Shown here one piece after another: positions 34,427-46,812 of a DNA stretch of 64,000 bases (the stretch's first letter is position 1; every line of letters starts with the position of its first letter). The stretch spans positions 62,001-126,000 of the forward strand of contig JAVECO010000041.1 in NCBI GenBank assembly GCA_051942205.1. Direction: 5' to 3'. The notes beneath the pieces were generated by a model. It was not told the origin of the DNA. It was given only the letters and a program-made list of their open reading frames with translations, and ran no database searches. Made by a program: the position numbers and the translations under genes. The stretch is from Coniocarpon cinnabarinum. Its lineage: Eukaryota.

Positions 34427-35542
34427 ATGGCAGTATCAACCTCGAACAGTATGTCGACATAGAAGAGTTCGACGCCGCACAAGCTCTAAGAGACATCGTT
34501 CCTCCCACTGACTCCAGTAGGTGGTGAGAACAGTCTTTACCAAACATATATTAGCTATGCGGGGAGTGGGCAGCATCTACCAAATTACCTTGCTGCGGTG
34601 AATGCGATCTCGGATGAGATTGCCAAGTCTCAACAGCCATTGACAACCCTCTCTGAAGCTATTGCTCTGGTCGCATCTTTAAGCGATCTACTGAAATCTT
34701 CCCTGCCTCTCACTGAGGCCCTTGCGATATCGTCAGGCACCGACGCTTTTCAGAAGCGGCTTGTAACCACGCTGAATCGACCTGGCACCCACTCTCACCA
34801 GTCTAGCACGCCAGCCGGCTCAGTCGCAGACACGAAGAAAACGATCATAGAGACTGCCGGATTATGCGTAGAGGCTGCTAGTGCAGCACGTGAGCAAATA
34901 TTAACATACGGTCCACGTCTCATCATTGACGGAAACTCTATTATCGTCCCATCTTATTCTCGCGTGGTAGACGGCCTTCTGCGGGAGGCGTCTCGTTCGG
35001 GGGTGAAGTTCCAGGTGTTCTTTGTTGCAGATGCGAGCGAGTCCTCTCCCGCAAAGCATCAGCTTTCAGATCTCAGTGATTTCTTACAAGGACAGAACAT
35101 TGGACAGTGCACAAGAGCAGTGGACTCAATAACCGAGCTTGTGCAAACCAATCCTCCGAACTTGACGCAGAGTCCACAGACCTTTACTCTGTCACAAGTC
35201 TTCGTTCTCAGCGGTGCAGCGGCCATATTTGCCTCTGGTGGAGCTCTCGTGTCGGTCAACGCTCAACTCATTGCAACAGCGGCCCAGCGCAGAGGTGTTC
35301 CAGTATGGATAGCTGCTGAGACCGCCAAGTGTGTGAAGGAGCATGACTTCGTTTTGTCTCATGGCATGAAACACAGGCCAGCTGAGCATTCCTCTGGCAA
35401 AGCTGCACCAGCGGTGCCAACCGTGACTAACCGGATGCAACTGGGCAGGATAGCAGCGGGTACTGTGACAAGCTTCATCACCGAGGAAGGACCGTGCAAT
35501 TCCTGCGCCATTGCCGAAGAAAGCCTGAAAAGCTGGTCATAA
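34427..35542 (+). CDS. Divergent eIF2B alpha-subunit-like protein (GCN3 homolog); intron 34449..34520
   Basis: ATG 34427 splices (GTATGT...ACTGAC...TAG) in frame to the 314-aa ORF. IF-2B-like motifs: ISSGTDAF, SYSRVV, PVWIAAETAK, SFITEEG...IAEESLKSW. Confidence 0.75.
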
Positions 35543-35765
35543 GGAGTCAAAGCTCTCGTCCTTTCCCACTAGATCGTCTTTGACGAGATTTTAGTCCCAG
35601 AGCCCCAGAGTCTCGAGTCAACGAGGAATACATTGAACTGTACCGTGCTATCCGCAGTCGGACACTTCATCGTCTCGCATCTACAGTTTGTGGCGTTAAG
35701 GAGTTTTTTTCTGTTGAGACGAGACTTCGTGCTCGACGTTAGCTGGTACCGAAGAACAACGAACA

Positions 35766-36641
35766 ATGGTTCCTAATAGCAAGAGACCCGTATTAAAACG
35801 CAGGAGGCTCAGACGCAGGATCAAAGAAACCTGCGAGGATGCTACGCAAACGATAGTGGACCACAGGGCAAGTGTTGCTCGACAATCCTCGCTCGCATAC
35901 CCTCTAGACGCAACGAGCCACAATGAGCATGCCGAAGACGCAGTGAAGAACGGTCTTCGTTCTTTGCCTCCTGAGCTGTTCTCGAGAATCTTGGCTCACT
36001 ACTTCAACGACGATGAAAACCTTCCTAAGCCAGGTCGGAAATGCGCATTATTTCACGTCTCGCGCCTTGTCCGTCAGCACGCGAAGGACGCCCTTTCTCG
36101 TGCTATCCGAAGTCAGGGTATGATGGAGTACCCACGCTCCGAAGACATTTTGCGGAATCCGTCCCAGTTGCTTACGGCTCTGTTGCGCATCCTGGGACCG
36201 CGACTATTGGAGCCAAGGACAGGTCGCTGTCCAGAACATCTGCTGCTGCAATATGGGCACTGCCGCTATTCTGCAGTGAACTTGCACAAAGGTGCATTAC
36301 GATTCGCCTTTTCAGACAGCGTTCAGCTCCTTACCATTTCCTTCATCTTAGCGAATGGTCCTCCCCCTGTTTGGGAATGCATGCGGCTGGGAGAAGCGAT
36401 GCCACGCCTTCGGGAGTTGAGACTGATCCATCGAGCGCGAGACGTAGTGTGGGATCCGGAGGGGGGATGGATACTCACAGACACGCAGGGCCATATGCAA
36501 CGACGAATTCCGCAGAGAATCGGATGGAAGGTCATAGACACTCAGGCCGAAGAGATCCACGACGCGACATTCCGGCTATTCGCACAAGCTCGACATTTTC
36601 GGTTGACACGGCTAGGACGAGATACGGTAGAGCCAGTATGA
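35766..36641 (+). CDS. Hypothetical protein with basic NLS-like N-terminus and F-box-like motif
   Basis: 291-aa ATG ORF containing KRPVLKRRRLRRR and LRSLPPELFSRILAHYF. Confidence 0.6.
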   Translation: MVPNSKRPVLKRRRLRRRIKETCEDATQTIVDHRASVARQSSLAYPLDATSHNEHAEDAVKNGLRSLPPELFSRILAHYFNDDENLPKPGRKCALFHVSRLVRQHAKDALSRAIRSQGMMEYPRSEDILRNPSQLLTALLRILGPRLLEPRTGRCPEHLLLQYGHCRYSAVNLHKGALRFAFSDSVQLLTISFILANGPPPVWECMRLGEAMPRLRELRLIHRARDVVWDPEGGWILTDTQGHMQRRIPQRIGWKVIDTQAEEIHDATFRLFAQARHFRLTRLGRDTVEPV

Positions 36642-37669
36642 AGAAAATCAACTAGCTTAGCTTGACGTGATCGACGCTTTGTATCAGCGAGCGCGCGCGA
36701 CGTCGCACACATCGAGCAGCGGGCTTCTGCGGAGATGGCCGCCAACCGGATGCATTACGAATACATCAGTTAGTTTTCAAGGAGTTCTGAAGAGCGTGGG
36801 AGTCAGCTGGAGCCTCTCGTGGTACTTGAAATTCTCGACGACCCCGGACGGGTTCTTTGGGAGCTCCCTATTCCGTACTCGAGCCAAGGAAGATGAGCAA
36901 CGCGCTCTATGGAACACCATGCAGCGTTGCAGCTCGTTACGATCGTGTATTAATCATAAAGACGCCTGATTGCGACGAACTACATCTTACGCGCCCAGTC
37001 TAGGCCGCAGTGGCCGCTATTGGGAATCCGAGAGGGCCAATCACGTGCCGAGCTTGCACCGATGCGACGGGTCCAAGCGCATCAAGGGGCAATGGGGCCA
37101 AACGCTGCCTTCTACACGTTGCCCTTCACTATCCTGGACTTGTGTCATACGTGTCCGACGGAGCAACCGCTTAGCAATGTCGGCTGGGGCCTGCTAGTGT
37201 GTCCGTCCGTAATCAGCATTGCTGGCGCCCTCAAGATGATCAAACTCTTCTTCCATGCCCCCGTCTGGCCGCTCTTGCGTGTGGATCAACATCACTAAGC
37301 TGCACCATTCCCAACCAGATAGCGTCAATTCGTCACCCACTATTCGACAAAGACGGCACGTGGCGGCTGATCATCCATGTCGAAGTAGAGAAACTAAGTT
37401 TCATTGTATTTGGTCAAGCCGACCGACTGACGCGGCGACCCTTTGCCGTGACTCCCTGAGCGTTCACGTTGCTGGTAAGAAGCATCAAACTGCTACGTCG
37501 TGTGGTTCAGTCCTTTGCGCTATTTCTCCGGCTGCTTCCTAGGTCCTGACGTCGGTGTCAGATAAGTGAATGCTCCTCACACAGTTAGATATATAAGGAG
37601 CCAATGTCTACGCTACGGCATTGGACAGCGCACAGTCGTCTTGTGTCGAGGTAACAAAAGCCTGAGACA

Positions 37670-39630
37670 ATGTCAACGTGGGACGGCAAGCGCAGCAGCT
37701 CAGAGGAGCAAGAGCAGAATCGCCATGAGTCTCCTCAAATATCCACGACGATCAAACGTGGAGCACGAGCAGGTGAGTCTCCCACTTATGATCCCGCCTC
37801 TTCCGGACACCTTCGATGAGTACAAACTTTTGCTCTATCAGTAGCGTGCCTTGTTCGCATTTGATTTATCAAGCACATCACAAGCAAAGCGGAGGAGAGC
37901 GATATTGAATAGGCATGTCCAGAATGCGGCTTGGATAGAGTGTTGGAACTGTTAGTTCCTATGGGAGTTAAGAACTATGCTAATCCGTGACATGACGCAT
38001 TTAGAACCGAGTCATCAACACGCTCATAGGCCTCAGTTGCAGTTTGTCAATTCCACCAACCCTGATCAATTACGTACACAGCAATATCGCAAGCTGGTCA
38101 AGCAACATGCTATGCTTGATGCACAAAGCCGCCGGCGTGAGGAAGTGCAGGCGAACATTGCTAAGAGGCGAGCAGAGTTTGCCTCCGCGTCCAAGCCATC
38201 AGGGACAGCGACTTCTCTGCAGAGAGATGACACGCTGAATTACCACGAACATTACGATGAGCGAGAAGTCCTCGACAAGGTTCGACTATCACCTCGCATC
38301 CAGAAATACATCGGTCAGTCCAGTGTTGACCCTTTCCGCACTCTGCCCCAGTTCTCGAATAAGTATATCGATGCGGAGCGGCTCCAGTACTTAACCTTAG
38401 CTTTCTTCCCAAGTCTGCAGCGGTCGGAGCGATATGTCAGTACGATGACCAGCAGCCCTATTGTGTTCCTCGCCGACGCCCACCCGGGCATGATTCTTCA
38501 AGATTGCCTGGATGAACGGCCACAAGGTGGACTAATGACCACTGCGGCGAAGGCGGAATTGTATGTGCTCTTAAACCAGCGTCTGAGAAGCATCAATCCC
38601 GCTGTGCAACTTGCACCAGATGTCATTGCTGGCATATTCAACCTCATACTGCTGGAGAACTCGTACGGTGACTATCGTGTCGTCACGACGCATCTAAAGG
38701 GTCTCCGCCAGATGATGGACATCATTGCTGGGTCTCGCAAGGCTGGGTTCGATCCGAACCTTGCAACTATTTCCGTCTAGTGAGTAACATCCCTTGCAAG
38801 ACTACCCCTCGTGTACTGACAGGCCACTCAGCCAAGGCCTGGAGACCGCAATCTATTTTGAAACAATCCCTCACCCAATTTATGTAAAGCTGAGCACAAA
38901 TGTCAAAAGTCATGTCATAGAGTCGAGCCCGACTGAGCTTGCTTTTTGGGAGTCGCCAATCAACGACAATCCATTCATCAAAGCAGCGTTGAGTGATCGT
39001 TGCCAGCCAAGCACGCTGTGGATGTTGCGCAAGATGCATGAGCTTACGACGTGGTTTCTGGGCCCACAATCAAGTGGTTCTGCGGGCTCCGAGAGTGGCA
39101 GCAACAAGAACGACTTTGCCATCGAGATTTACAACGTACTTCTGCGCATGCCTTCGGCATCGGAGCCACTTCTTGCCTCCACAGGCGATGACATCTATGA
39201 GTGCGTCCGGATCACGTCTTTAATCTGGTGCACAGCCATCACATACAATCTCCCATTGTCAAGCGGCCTCGCATTTGCGAGTGAACGAGAAAAGGCTCCA
39301 ATGCACCTTGCTGATGTTCTCATTCAATCACTCAAGAGAACTGGAACCAACGACTGTTGGGGCCATGCCCTTATAGGTACTTTTATGTGGGTTGTCAAGA
39401 CGGCTTGTGCGGCCTTTGCCAACGGTTCTATCGCTTTCAAATGGGTGTACCTAGAGAATGCTAGAGCAGCAATTCATGGGCTCAGGCACAGATTGTACGT
39501 GGATATCCTCACTGGATCCGAGAGGATGCTGTTAGTCCAGGAAGGATTGAGAAAACCACGCGGCGGTATGAGCAGTTGGAGCAGCTCCAAGAGACCTTCA
39601 ACGACCACACCTGATGATCCAAGAAGATAA
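37670..39630 (+). CDS. Fungal transcription-factor-associated domain protein lacking a Zn2Cys6 cluster; introns 37773..38004 and 38780..38831
   Basis: LQFVNST...RKLVKQHAM, DPFRTLP, HLKGLRQMM and YECVRITSLI are typical of this family. Splice phases are consistent. TATATAA at ~37590. Confidence 0.75.
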
Positions 39631-39849
39631 TAAGGGCGCATCCTGCCGGTCATTGGGTCGTGCAGGATGCTGATCTTAGAGATACTTCTGGCTTGTGATG
39701 GGCTTCAGTGATTAACAGACTGGTCACGTGCCCTGCACTAGGTAGTTCACCAATTCGACTCTCTACCTCTCCTATCCTTTATTCTTGCATCTGCGTTTCG
39801 AAAGCTGCGAATAAATGAGGCTGGCGTTTCAGGTGTACAGTCGTTTACC

Positions 39850-40656
39850 ATGTCGTTCGCATCTCGTCTGAAGTCCTTCATTACGCCTTCCACTGTCCTC
39901 ATCCTCGCAATTCTTGTGCCGTTAGGGTTTTGGTTGGAAACCATCAAGGTCAGCCAAGGCGTCTCTTTTTGACACATACGACACTGACTTGAAGGCGAGT
40001 AGAGCCGCTTCTACATTTTCGATCTAGATGACACCCATGAGCTTGTCAAAGAGGCTTTGGCTATTTATCCCAACAGCACTGCCGGCGTTGTTCATCACAT
40101 TGCATCAACCCTCCGTCAAACCCACGGCGAGGCGACCATAGCTCCTGACCCCTTTCCGGATCATCCTGATGCTACGCTTGCACAGCCCTACACTACGTGG
40201 AATGCATCAGCACAAATATCACCGTTAGAATCTGAATGGGTACACAACAATGCGGGCGGCGCCATGGGCAGCATGTATCTCCTTCACGCTAGTATCACGG
40301 AATACCTCATAATATTTGGAACGCCGCTGGGAACGGAAGGTCATACTGGCCGGCATACCGCAGATGACTACTTCCATATCATTGAAGGCGAGCAGTGGGC
40401 TGCTCAAGCCAACAGCTTGGTCATGGAGAGATATCCCAAGGGCAGCGTCAATCACATGAAACGAGGGGTAGTCAAGCAGTACAAGATGCATGAGGGCGCT
40501 TGGGCGCTTGAACTGGCACAGGGCTGGATCCCGCCCATGTTGCCGTTTGGCTTTGCGGATGCCCTGTTCAGCACCCTGGACGTGCAGACGATGTGGCATA
40601 CAGTAAGAATCACTGGGAGAGAGATGATACGGAATCTGCTACATGGCAAGATCTGA
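39850..40656 (+). CDS. ERG2: C-8 sterol isomerase (ERG2/sigma1 family); intron 39949..40002
   Basis: N-terminal TM exon, then [47 protein letters not shown] and [19 protein letters not shown]. Confidence 0.96.
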
Positions 40657-41704
40657 AAAGAGCCACCTGGTGAAACTCACTGGTTTCGCTGGCGGCCAAC
40701 GTCTACACAAGCTTACCGCTGCAAGAGGTATCAGCAAGCCAACTCATATGCTCAAAAGCAAGGAAGCGCTTGCATCATGGGGCAAATGCACACAGTTGAG
40801 CGGATCAAGTAGCTGTGTTGTGGCGGCATCCACGATTCGCGCTCCCTACGGGCACCTCCGCGGCAGCTTGAAAGGCATATTTTGAGGCCTTGTGGGCATA
40901 CTATGCACATCAGGCGTGGCCACTGCAAGAAAAGCTCATCAATTCTCGGCTTCATGAACTGCTATTCGACTCAGTCGGCAGCAAATGTGGTCCAAGAGGG
41001 CAGTAATTCTGCAACCGAGTTCTGGTATGGCTTAGCTCGTCATCCAGGAAATTATGTCCGAAGTCGCATCTCAAGATTTGAATGCAGCTTGTCAGAGCCA
41101 CCAGCACAATGACGAAATCACATACACATGATGAGATGCCGGAGCGCGGCATGGCGGCCGCTTTCCTGTCCGTGTGCGCCGCAGGCTACGGGAGTGCCTT
41201 GCTTTTGACGTTGCTTCTGTTGGGGTCCGGGGCGGCGTACGCAGTCATTTACCGGCACAAGTAAAGGGTCGCAAAGCATGCCATGGCAGGTGAATCCCGC
41301 GAGCGAGGGATTTTAGTCGATGGCCATCAACGAGCTCGCGCGAAGAATTGCATATGACAATTGACACTCAAGAGCACGGGTGATATCATGACACTCTGTT
41401 AAATCCTTAGAGCTTCACAGCCCCGTGCGAGCCCGTGATGTACGTCACAAACCCGTCTCAGGCTTCGGCGTATTATACCGTTCGCAACTATAATCTCGTG
41501 TCACTGCTTGGAGCTGACAAGGTGGTTCTGTCGGCCTGCGTCTCTCGATCAAATGCTGGACTCATCGCAGCTAAAGATGTGTGGAGTAGTATTCTCCAAC
41601 GCGACGATCCGCCAGGTCTCTGTTTGGTGTTTCTTTTGATCTGCTACCTTCCTCGCTTTCGTCTTGCATACAAGTATTGCGTCTGGCATTTCTCTTGGAG
41701 GCTG

Positions 41705-42331
41705 ATGGCGTCAAGTGGCTGGCGAAGGGGTCCAGATGGCTGGTGGTATAATGACAAAATGGGTGCTCGCGAACCACCTAATACATTTGACGATAACACG
41801 ACTCCAGCACCAAAGACATCCATTCCTGCACCTAGAAACGGTCCAGCGAAAGGCTGGCGGCTTTTTGCGAAAGATGAGCTGCATCATGGTGAGCGAGACA
41901 AAGCTGGCCACGAGCACGGCGCATTCCAAGATGAACAAGGCAATTACCATCGCCCCAGCCCGAGTCATCAGCAACACTACCTTGAGCTTTCCCATGGTGG
42001 ATTCCTAAACCGACACCACCCGGCTGTGCTCGATCAAGTCTGCAAAAAGATATGGCCACCCCAGGAGCCTCTTCCGGCGTATCCCGGTATCAATCTCAAG
42101 GACTGGACGTATTGCGTTCGGGAGTCTATGCCAAGAGGCGAGCAAGACCGTTTTCCACAAGGAGCACTCTGGAGTGAAGCACGGCAACGAACGCACCCGT
42201 TAACAATGCCACGAGTTGGTGGTGAAACGAGTAGTTTCGTCGATCCAGCCACAGAACGACTTGTCTGTGAGGCGTTGGATAGAGAAGGGAGAGGTCCAAA
42301 ATCTTATGGTGTCCAGATTCGATTTAGATAG
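41705..42331 (+). CDS. Hypothetical protein (~208 aa), no recognisable domain
   Basis: Hydrophilic ATG ORF (MASSGWRRGPDGWWYNDK...) within a 298-codon open frame that fills an intergenic gap. Confidence 0.5.
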   Translation: MASSGWRRGPDGWWYNDKMGAREPPNTFDDNTTPAPKTSIPAPRNGPAKGWRLFAKDELHHGERDKAGHEHGAFQDEQGNYHRPSPSHQQHYLELSHGGFLNRHHPAVLDQVCKKIWPPQEPLPAYPGINLKDWTYCVRESMPRGEQDRFPQGALWSEARQRTHPLTMPRVGGETSSFVDPATERLVCEALDREGRGPKSYGVQIRFR

Positions 42332-42696
42332 GAGCTACATTCTGCGCTGCAAGGCTTGCGAGATTGCTAAGTCAGGGTTGGAAAGATATGGCGGTGAGAG
42401 CACTGTTGTTCTCTGATCCCGTTCATATCGGTTCGGCGAGGCGAACTCTACATACCGGTCGCTGCCTTTTACTGTACAAAGCCTTGTTAATGTCCCTGCC
42501 ATACATACCTATACATTGTTTGGAATGATACGCGGTTTCCGCCTCGACAAGGCCCTAAATGTGTGGTTTGCATTGCTTTGTAGCAGACACCACTTGTTTT
42601 GTGGGGGATTAGCTGACAATGTCCTTGTTGAAATAGGGCTCTTTACCGGGCCACAACTACTCAACATATCTCTAAAACATCAGTCATAGGATGTTT

Positions 42697-43511
42697 TCAT
42701 CGCTGAAGCTGTTTTATATCTCGAATAAGATCTGCAGGTTTCGGGCCCCCCGGACAATCTTTCCATTCTCCCCCATCACGGATGCATCTTGTCTCTTCAT
42801 TGAGTCTGACCGTGCAGCTCAAGGTTACACCTGCATTCGCAGTTGCATTGACGCTCTCTTTGAGCATGTCTTGGCCGTATGCGCCATAGTCTTTGCTCAC
42901 ACACTCATTCAATTCATCAAAGTCGACGTCATGCTCAAGCGCACAGCCCTTGACAAAATCCTGGTCTGGAATGGAATCATACTCGTTGGTGAGACACGTG
43001 GCAAAGCCTAGATATATCTTGGGGTCTGGATAGAGATGTGCTGCGCAGAGATCTATGATATTGCCCATGCACTCCGACGGGCCATGCTTGCATTCTACAG
43101 CGCCGGTGTGATTGTCAATGGTTCCAATGTACGAGAGCTTGAAATCGACCAGGGAGGAGATGTCTTGCATCGCAGGGACTACTAGATCATTCAGACAATC
43201 ACGGGCGTCAGGACATTTGGACCTGCAGAAGCAAGTCAGCGGAGGGTCAGCTCCAAGCGCAGATGGAGGACGTCATACATGATATGTGCCTCGAGGGTAA
43301 CTTTCGATGCGGCATTGCGGCCGACGGCGCCCTCAGCCCGCCGACCGTTATGACAGGGCAATAGGGAGCCCGTTAAGGTGTTAAGCCAGTACAGCAAAGC
43401 GGTGGCGCCCAAGATGAGGGGAATGAGGTGGTATCGATTCCTACGGCCCGCAAGCGGATGGCGCAGGGGCGACGAATCAAACGTGCCAAATGCAACTTCT
43501 TTCTCACTCAT
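42697..43511 (-). CDS. GILT-family thiol reductase; intron 43223..43278
   Basis: TM segment, LEAHIM|SKCPDARDCL, CKHGPSECMGN, SCTVRL...CIRDGG. Confidence 0.92.
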
Positions 43512-44440
43512 TGTGCGGAACCGGCAGCGGCGATGGTTCAGGAGGTGAAGATAGGAGTATGGCGGTTGACTGGAGGGAAACTGACGAGCTGAAGATAAAA
43601 AGGACGAGTCAGGAGGCTCGCGTGGAGAGAGCTGCATGTGGTGGTGGTTTTGCTGGAGTAGGAAGGGCACGGTCGGGGTACAAAGTCACATTGGGAACGT
43701 ACCGAGACAGCAACTGGCAACAGATGGTGACTCAGTCAGTTCATAGAAGCTCTCCGTGCCACCGCCGCGCATACCGATGCACTCAGTGCTGAGAATAGCA
43801 GCACTGTCATGGAAAGTCTGTCTCTGATTTCAGCCCCGGCGAAACACGAAGCATATGGGGATGCCAATTGCAACACTGCCTGCCTCATGCTCACTCCCTC
43901 TTCTCTCCCCTGCGTCTCCGCAACTCATCTGTCTCCTTTCTGCTCTCCTCTTCACCCAATAATCTCCACGATGCTGGTCTGCTCGGCCTTCTTCGTGGGT
44001 GCCGGGGAGTCACTTCACGGGGCGTCTTTGATGAGCCCTGACAAAGGAACGCCTGCTTCCCCACTTACGCACCAGGCACCCTCAAAATGTAACCTCGACA
44101 TGCACCTCTCTTGCTCTCCAAGGTGATCGGCTGAAAGCAGCATCAGTGCATGTGCCAGGCTTGTCCACCTCATCGCCGAAACGCTCCTTTTAGCTCGACA
44201 CTCGTTCGCTTGCTCGCCCAATGCCCTCCTGCTCCGTGTTTCAGGTCCGCTACCTTGCAGGTTGAATCATGTTTGCTGAGTGCTGCCTGCCTGGTGTCCA
44301 TCGCTTGTTGCCGCTTCACCACCACATTCCTTCAAACAAAGCATACATAAAGAGCATAGTTTGACTGGCACCAGCCTACATTCAACTTGCATTCACACTT
44401 GCACATACACACATCTAAACACCCAAGACGCAGCAGCATA

Positions 44441-46028
44441 ATGTCTTTCGAAGAATTCATCGCACCGCTCCAGCTAACTGACGAGCTCTTGCCCCGTTTA
44501 TCTCTCGCTCTCGCAGGCACATACCAGACCTTGGCCGAAAATTCAAGCGAGCAGTTCCTTGCCACGCCCGTCAACGTTCTCCCCAATGGATCCGAACGGG
44601 GCCGGATGCTTGCTATCGACGTCGGCGGCTCCAACCTCCGGGTCGGTTTTGTTGACCTCCTTGGAGACTCTACCATCTCCCGCTCCTACGATCGCTCATG
44701 GCGCATCGAAGACGACGTGCGGACTGGGATGGGCCAAGCCAGTTCTTTGTTCGACTGGATTGGTGACCGTATAGCAGAAGTCGTTGCTGCTCGCCAGCGG
44801 AACATGAGAAGAGACAGTCATGGCCAAGATGATCTTGGCGCGGTGATTCCACTTGGTATTGCTTGGTCGTTTCCTTTGAGGTATCTATCCTGATCTGCTT
44901 TCATCACAACACTAAAACGGTTGCAGCTAATGTTCCTCCAGCCAAAAGACCATCTCAAATGCCACGCTCATGAAATTAGGCAAAGGATTCCGCATGCCAG
45001 GGGACCCCAATCTCGGCCGACTAATTCTACAGGGCTATTCGAAACACACTCAGCCTCCCCTTTCATTACCACGGATCCACATTGCTGCCATCACCAACGA
45101 TAGTCTCGCAACCCTCGCGTCGATTGCATACGAATCCCATCCAACAGCCAATAGACGCGTCGTCATGGGTCTTATAATGGGTACAGGCTCCAATGCTGCC
45201 ATAATCATGGACCTCGATGCTCTTGCGAAGTTCAAGCAAGAATCGATCGAGCTTCCAGCTATTACTGACGACGAACACACGCAAATCGTCATCAACACTG
45301 AGTGGTCCATTAAAGGCAGCATCGGACCAATTCGAGATGCGGGGCTTGTTACCAAATGGGACGAGCAACTTGACCGAGAAGGCGACGATCCTGGTTTCAT
45401 GCCATTTGAATATATGACAGGGGGCAGGTACCTTGGTGAGATTGTCAGGCGGATCCTGCTTGATTACTTCATGCAACAAGGCGCTTCTCAGGCATCGCTG
45501 CCGAGACAATTGTGCGAGAAATTCGGTCTGCACACCAACTACCTTTCGGACGTGCTCGGCACAGATATCTCAACTCAGGAACTACTATCACGTGTGCGGG
45601 AAGACCTAAAGCCTTCCAGTGGCACCGAATGGACGTGGGATGAGGCCAAAGCTGAGATAGCCCGCAAAGCAGCTCGTGCGGTCCAACGCCGTTCATCTCA
45701 CCTTGTCGCAGCTGCTGTGCTAGGATCTCTCATTTGCGCTGGGGACTTTGTTTGCGCCAATGACACGTCTCAACGGGCGCAAGCGAAGCTGAAAAGCGGC
45801 ATGGAGCAAGAATTAATCGTCGCGTACACAGGTGGAGTCATTGCGCAGTTCCCGCATTATCTAGAAGACATCACGAGGGCAATCACCGCACTAGCTACCA
45901 AGCTTTCACATCCTGGCTTAAAGCAAACTATTGAGCTCTCAGAAGTGCGAAACGGTGGCGTCATTGGTGCTGGTGTTATGGCCGGTACCGTCTGGAATAT
46001 ACCAAAGCATCGGCGAGGCAGCCTATGA
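44441..46028 (+). CDS. Atypical hexokinase-like protein (XprF/HxkD-HxkC type); intron 44881..44941
   Basis: LAIDVGGSNLRVGF, WSFPL, LGKGF, TNDSLATL, IMGTGSNA, INTEW, FEYMTGGRYLGEIVR, NGGVIGAG. Confidence 0.88.
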
Positions 46029-46201
46029 GATTTGCTGTTTGCATTGAGACCAGCGTAGGTGCTGTAATAAAGATAGATTGCGGTTAAGACTGCAACGAGA
46101 TGGGGCACTGCACTCAAAATTTGACATCGTCTTCCAGTCTCCTCATTTTCAGCAGCCTCATGCGCTGTCCACTACCTTCAGCATTACTTCCTTGGAACCT
46201 C

Positions 46202-46812
46202 TCACAGTGCGTATGCAACAGCCGCGGCAACAGCACCACCGACCATTCCGACATAGTGGGCTGTAGCAACTGGCGCAGCACCAGTACTTTGTGATGACGC
46301 CGACGCAGCTGTGGCGCTCTGGTCTCCAGTGGCAGATGGAGGTGGAGGCATGCTGGAAGTCATCATGCCGGAGTCAGTCGGCATAGATGACGATGGCGCT
46401 GCGTCGGAACCGGCTGGTGGCATCGACGAGTCCGCTGTCATCGAAGCATCGGTCGCGGTTGCTCCAGCGGCGAGGGCTGATGTATCGCCAGCTGATGGCA
46501 TTGTCATTGTTGCGGGCATGCTTGCGCCGTCCGTTGACATTCCCTTTCTGAAGTCTTAGTATCTTGCGCAATCTGGAAAAGCAATCGGAGAATACGCACG
46601 CTGTTCATCGTGTCTGAGGCGAGGGCAGAGGTTGCAGCGCTCGCGACACTGGTGGCTGCTGGATTGTTGGCATCACTCGCGACGGACTGGATCGCTGAGT
46701 TGGCGGCGGATACTCCCATTGAAGTGGCCGCTTGCCCGGCAGCGTTGTTGCTGTCCTGAGCAAGGGCAAGGCCGAAGCCGATCGACGTGAGAAGTGCGAC
46801 CTTGGCATACAT
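46202..46812 (-). CDS. Ser/Ala-rich putative GPI-anchored protein; intron ~46544..46599
   Basis: Signal peptide MYAKVALLTSIGFGLALA-Q, low-complexity body, omega-like STGAA and hydrophobic tail VGGAVAAAVAYAL. TATAAG at ~46945-46950 on the minus strand. Confidence 0.8.

Noticed and set aside
36667..37560. Several overlapping 75-100 aa ORFs
   Set aside because: No motifs, coherent splice model or coding bias; likely intergenic.
39841..39847. TCGTTTA (Upc2/SRE-like) site at ERG2
   Set aside because: It lies 2 nt before the ATG, i.e. in the 5' UTR, so it is unlikely to be an upstream activating site.
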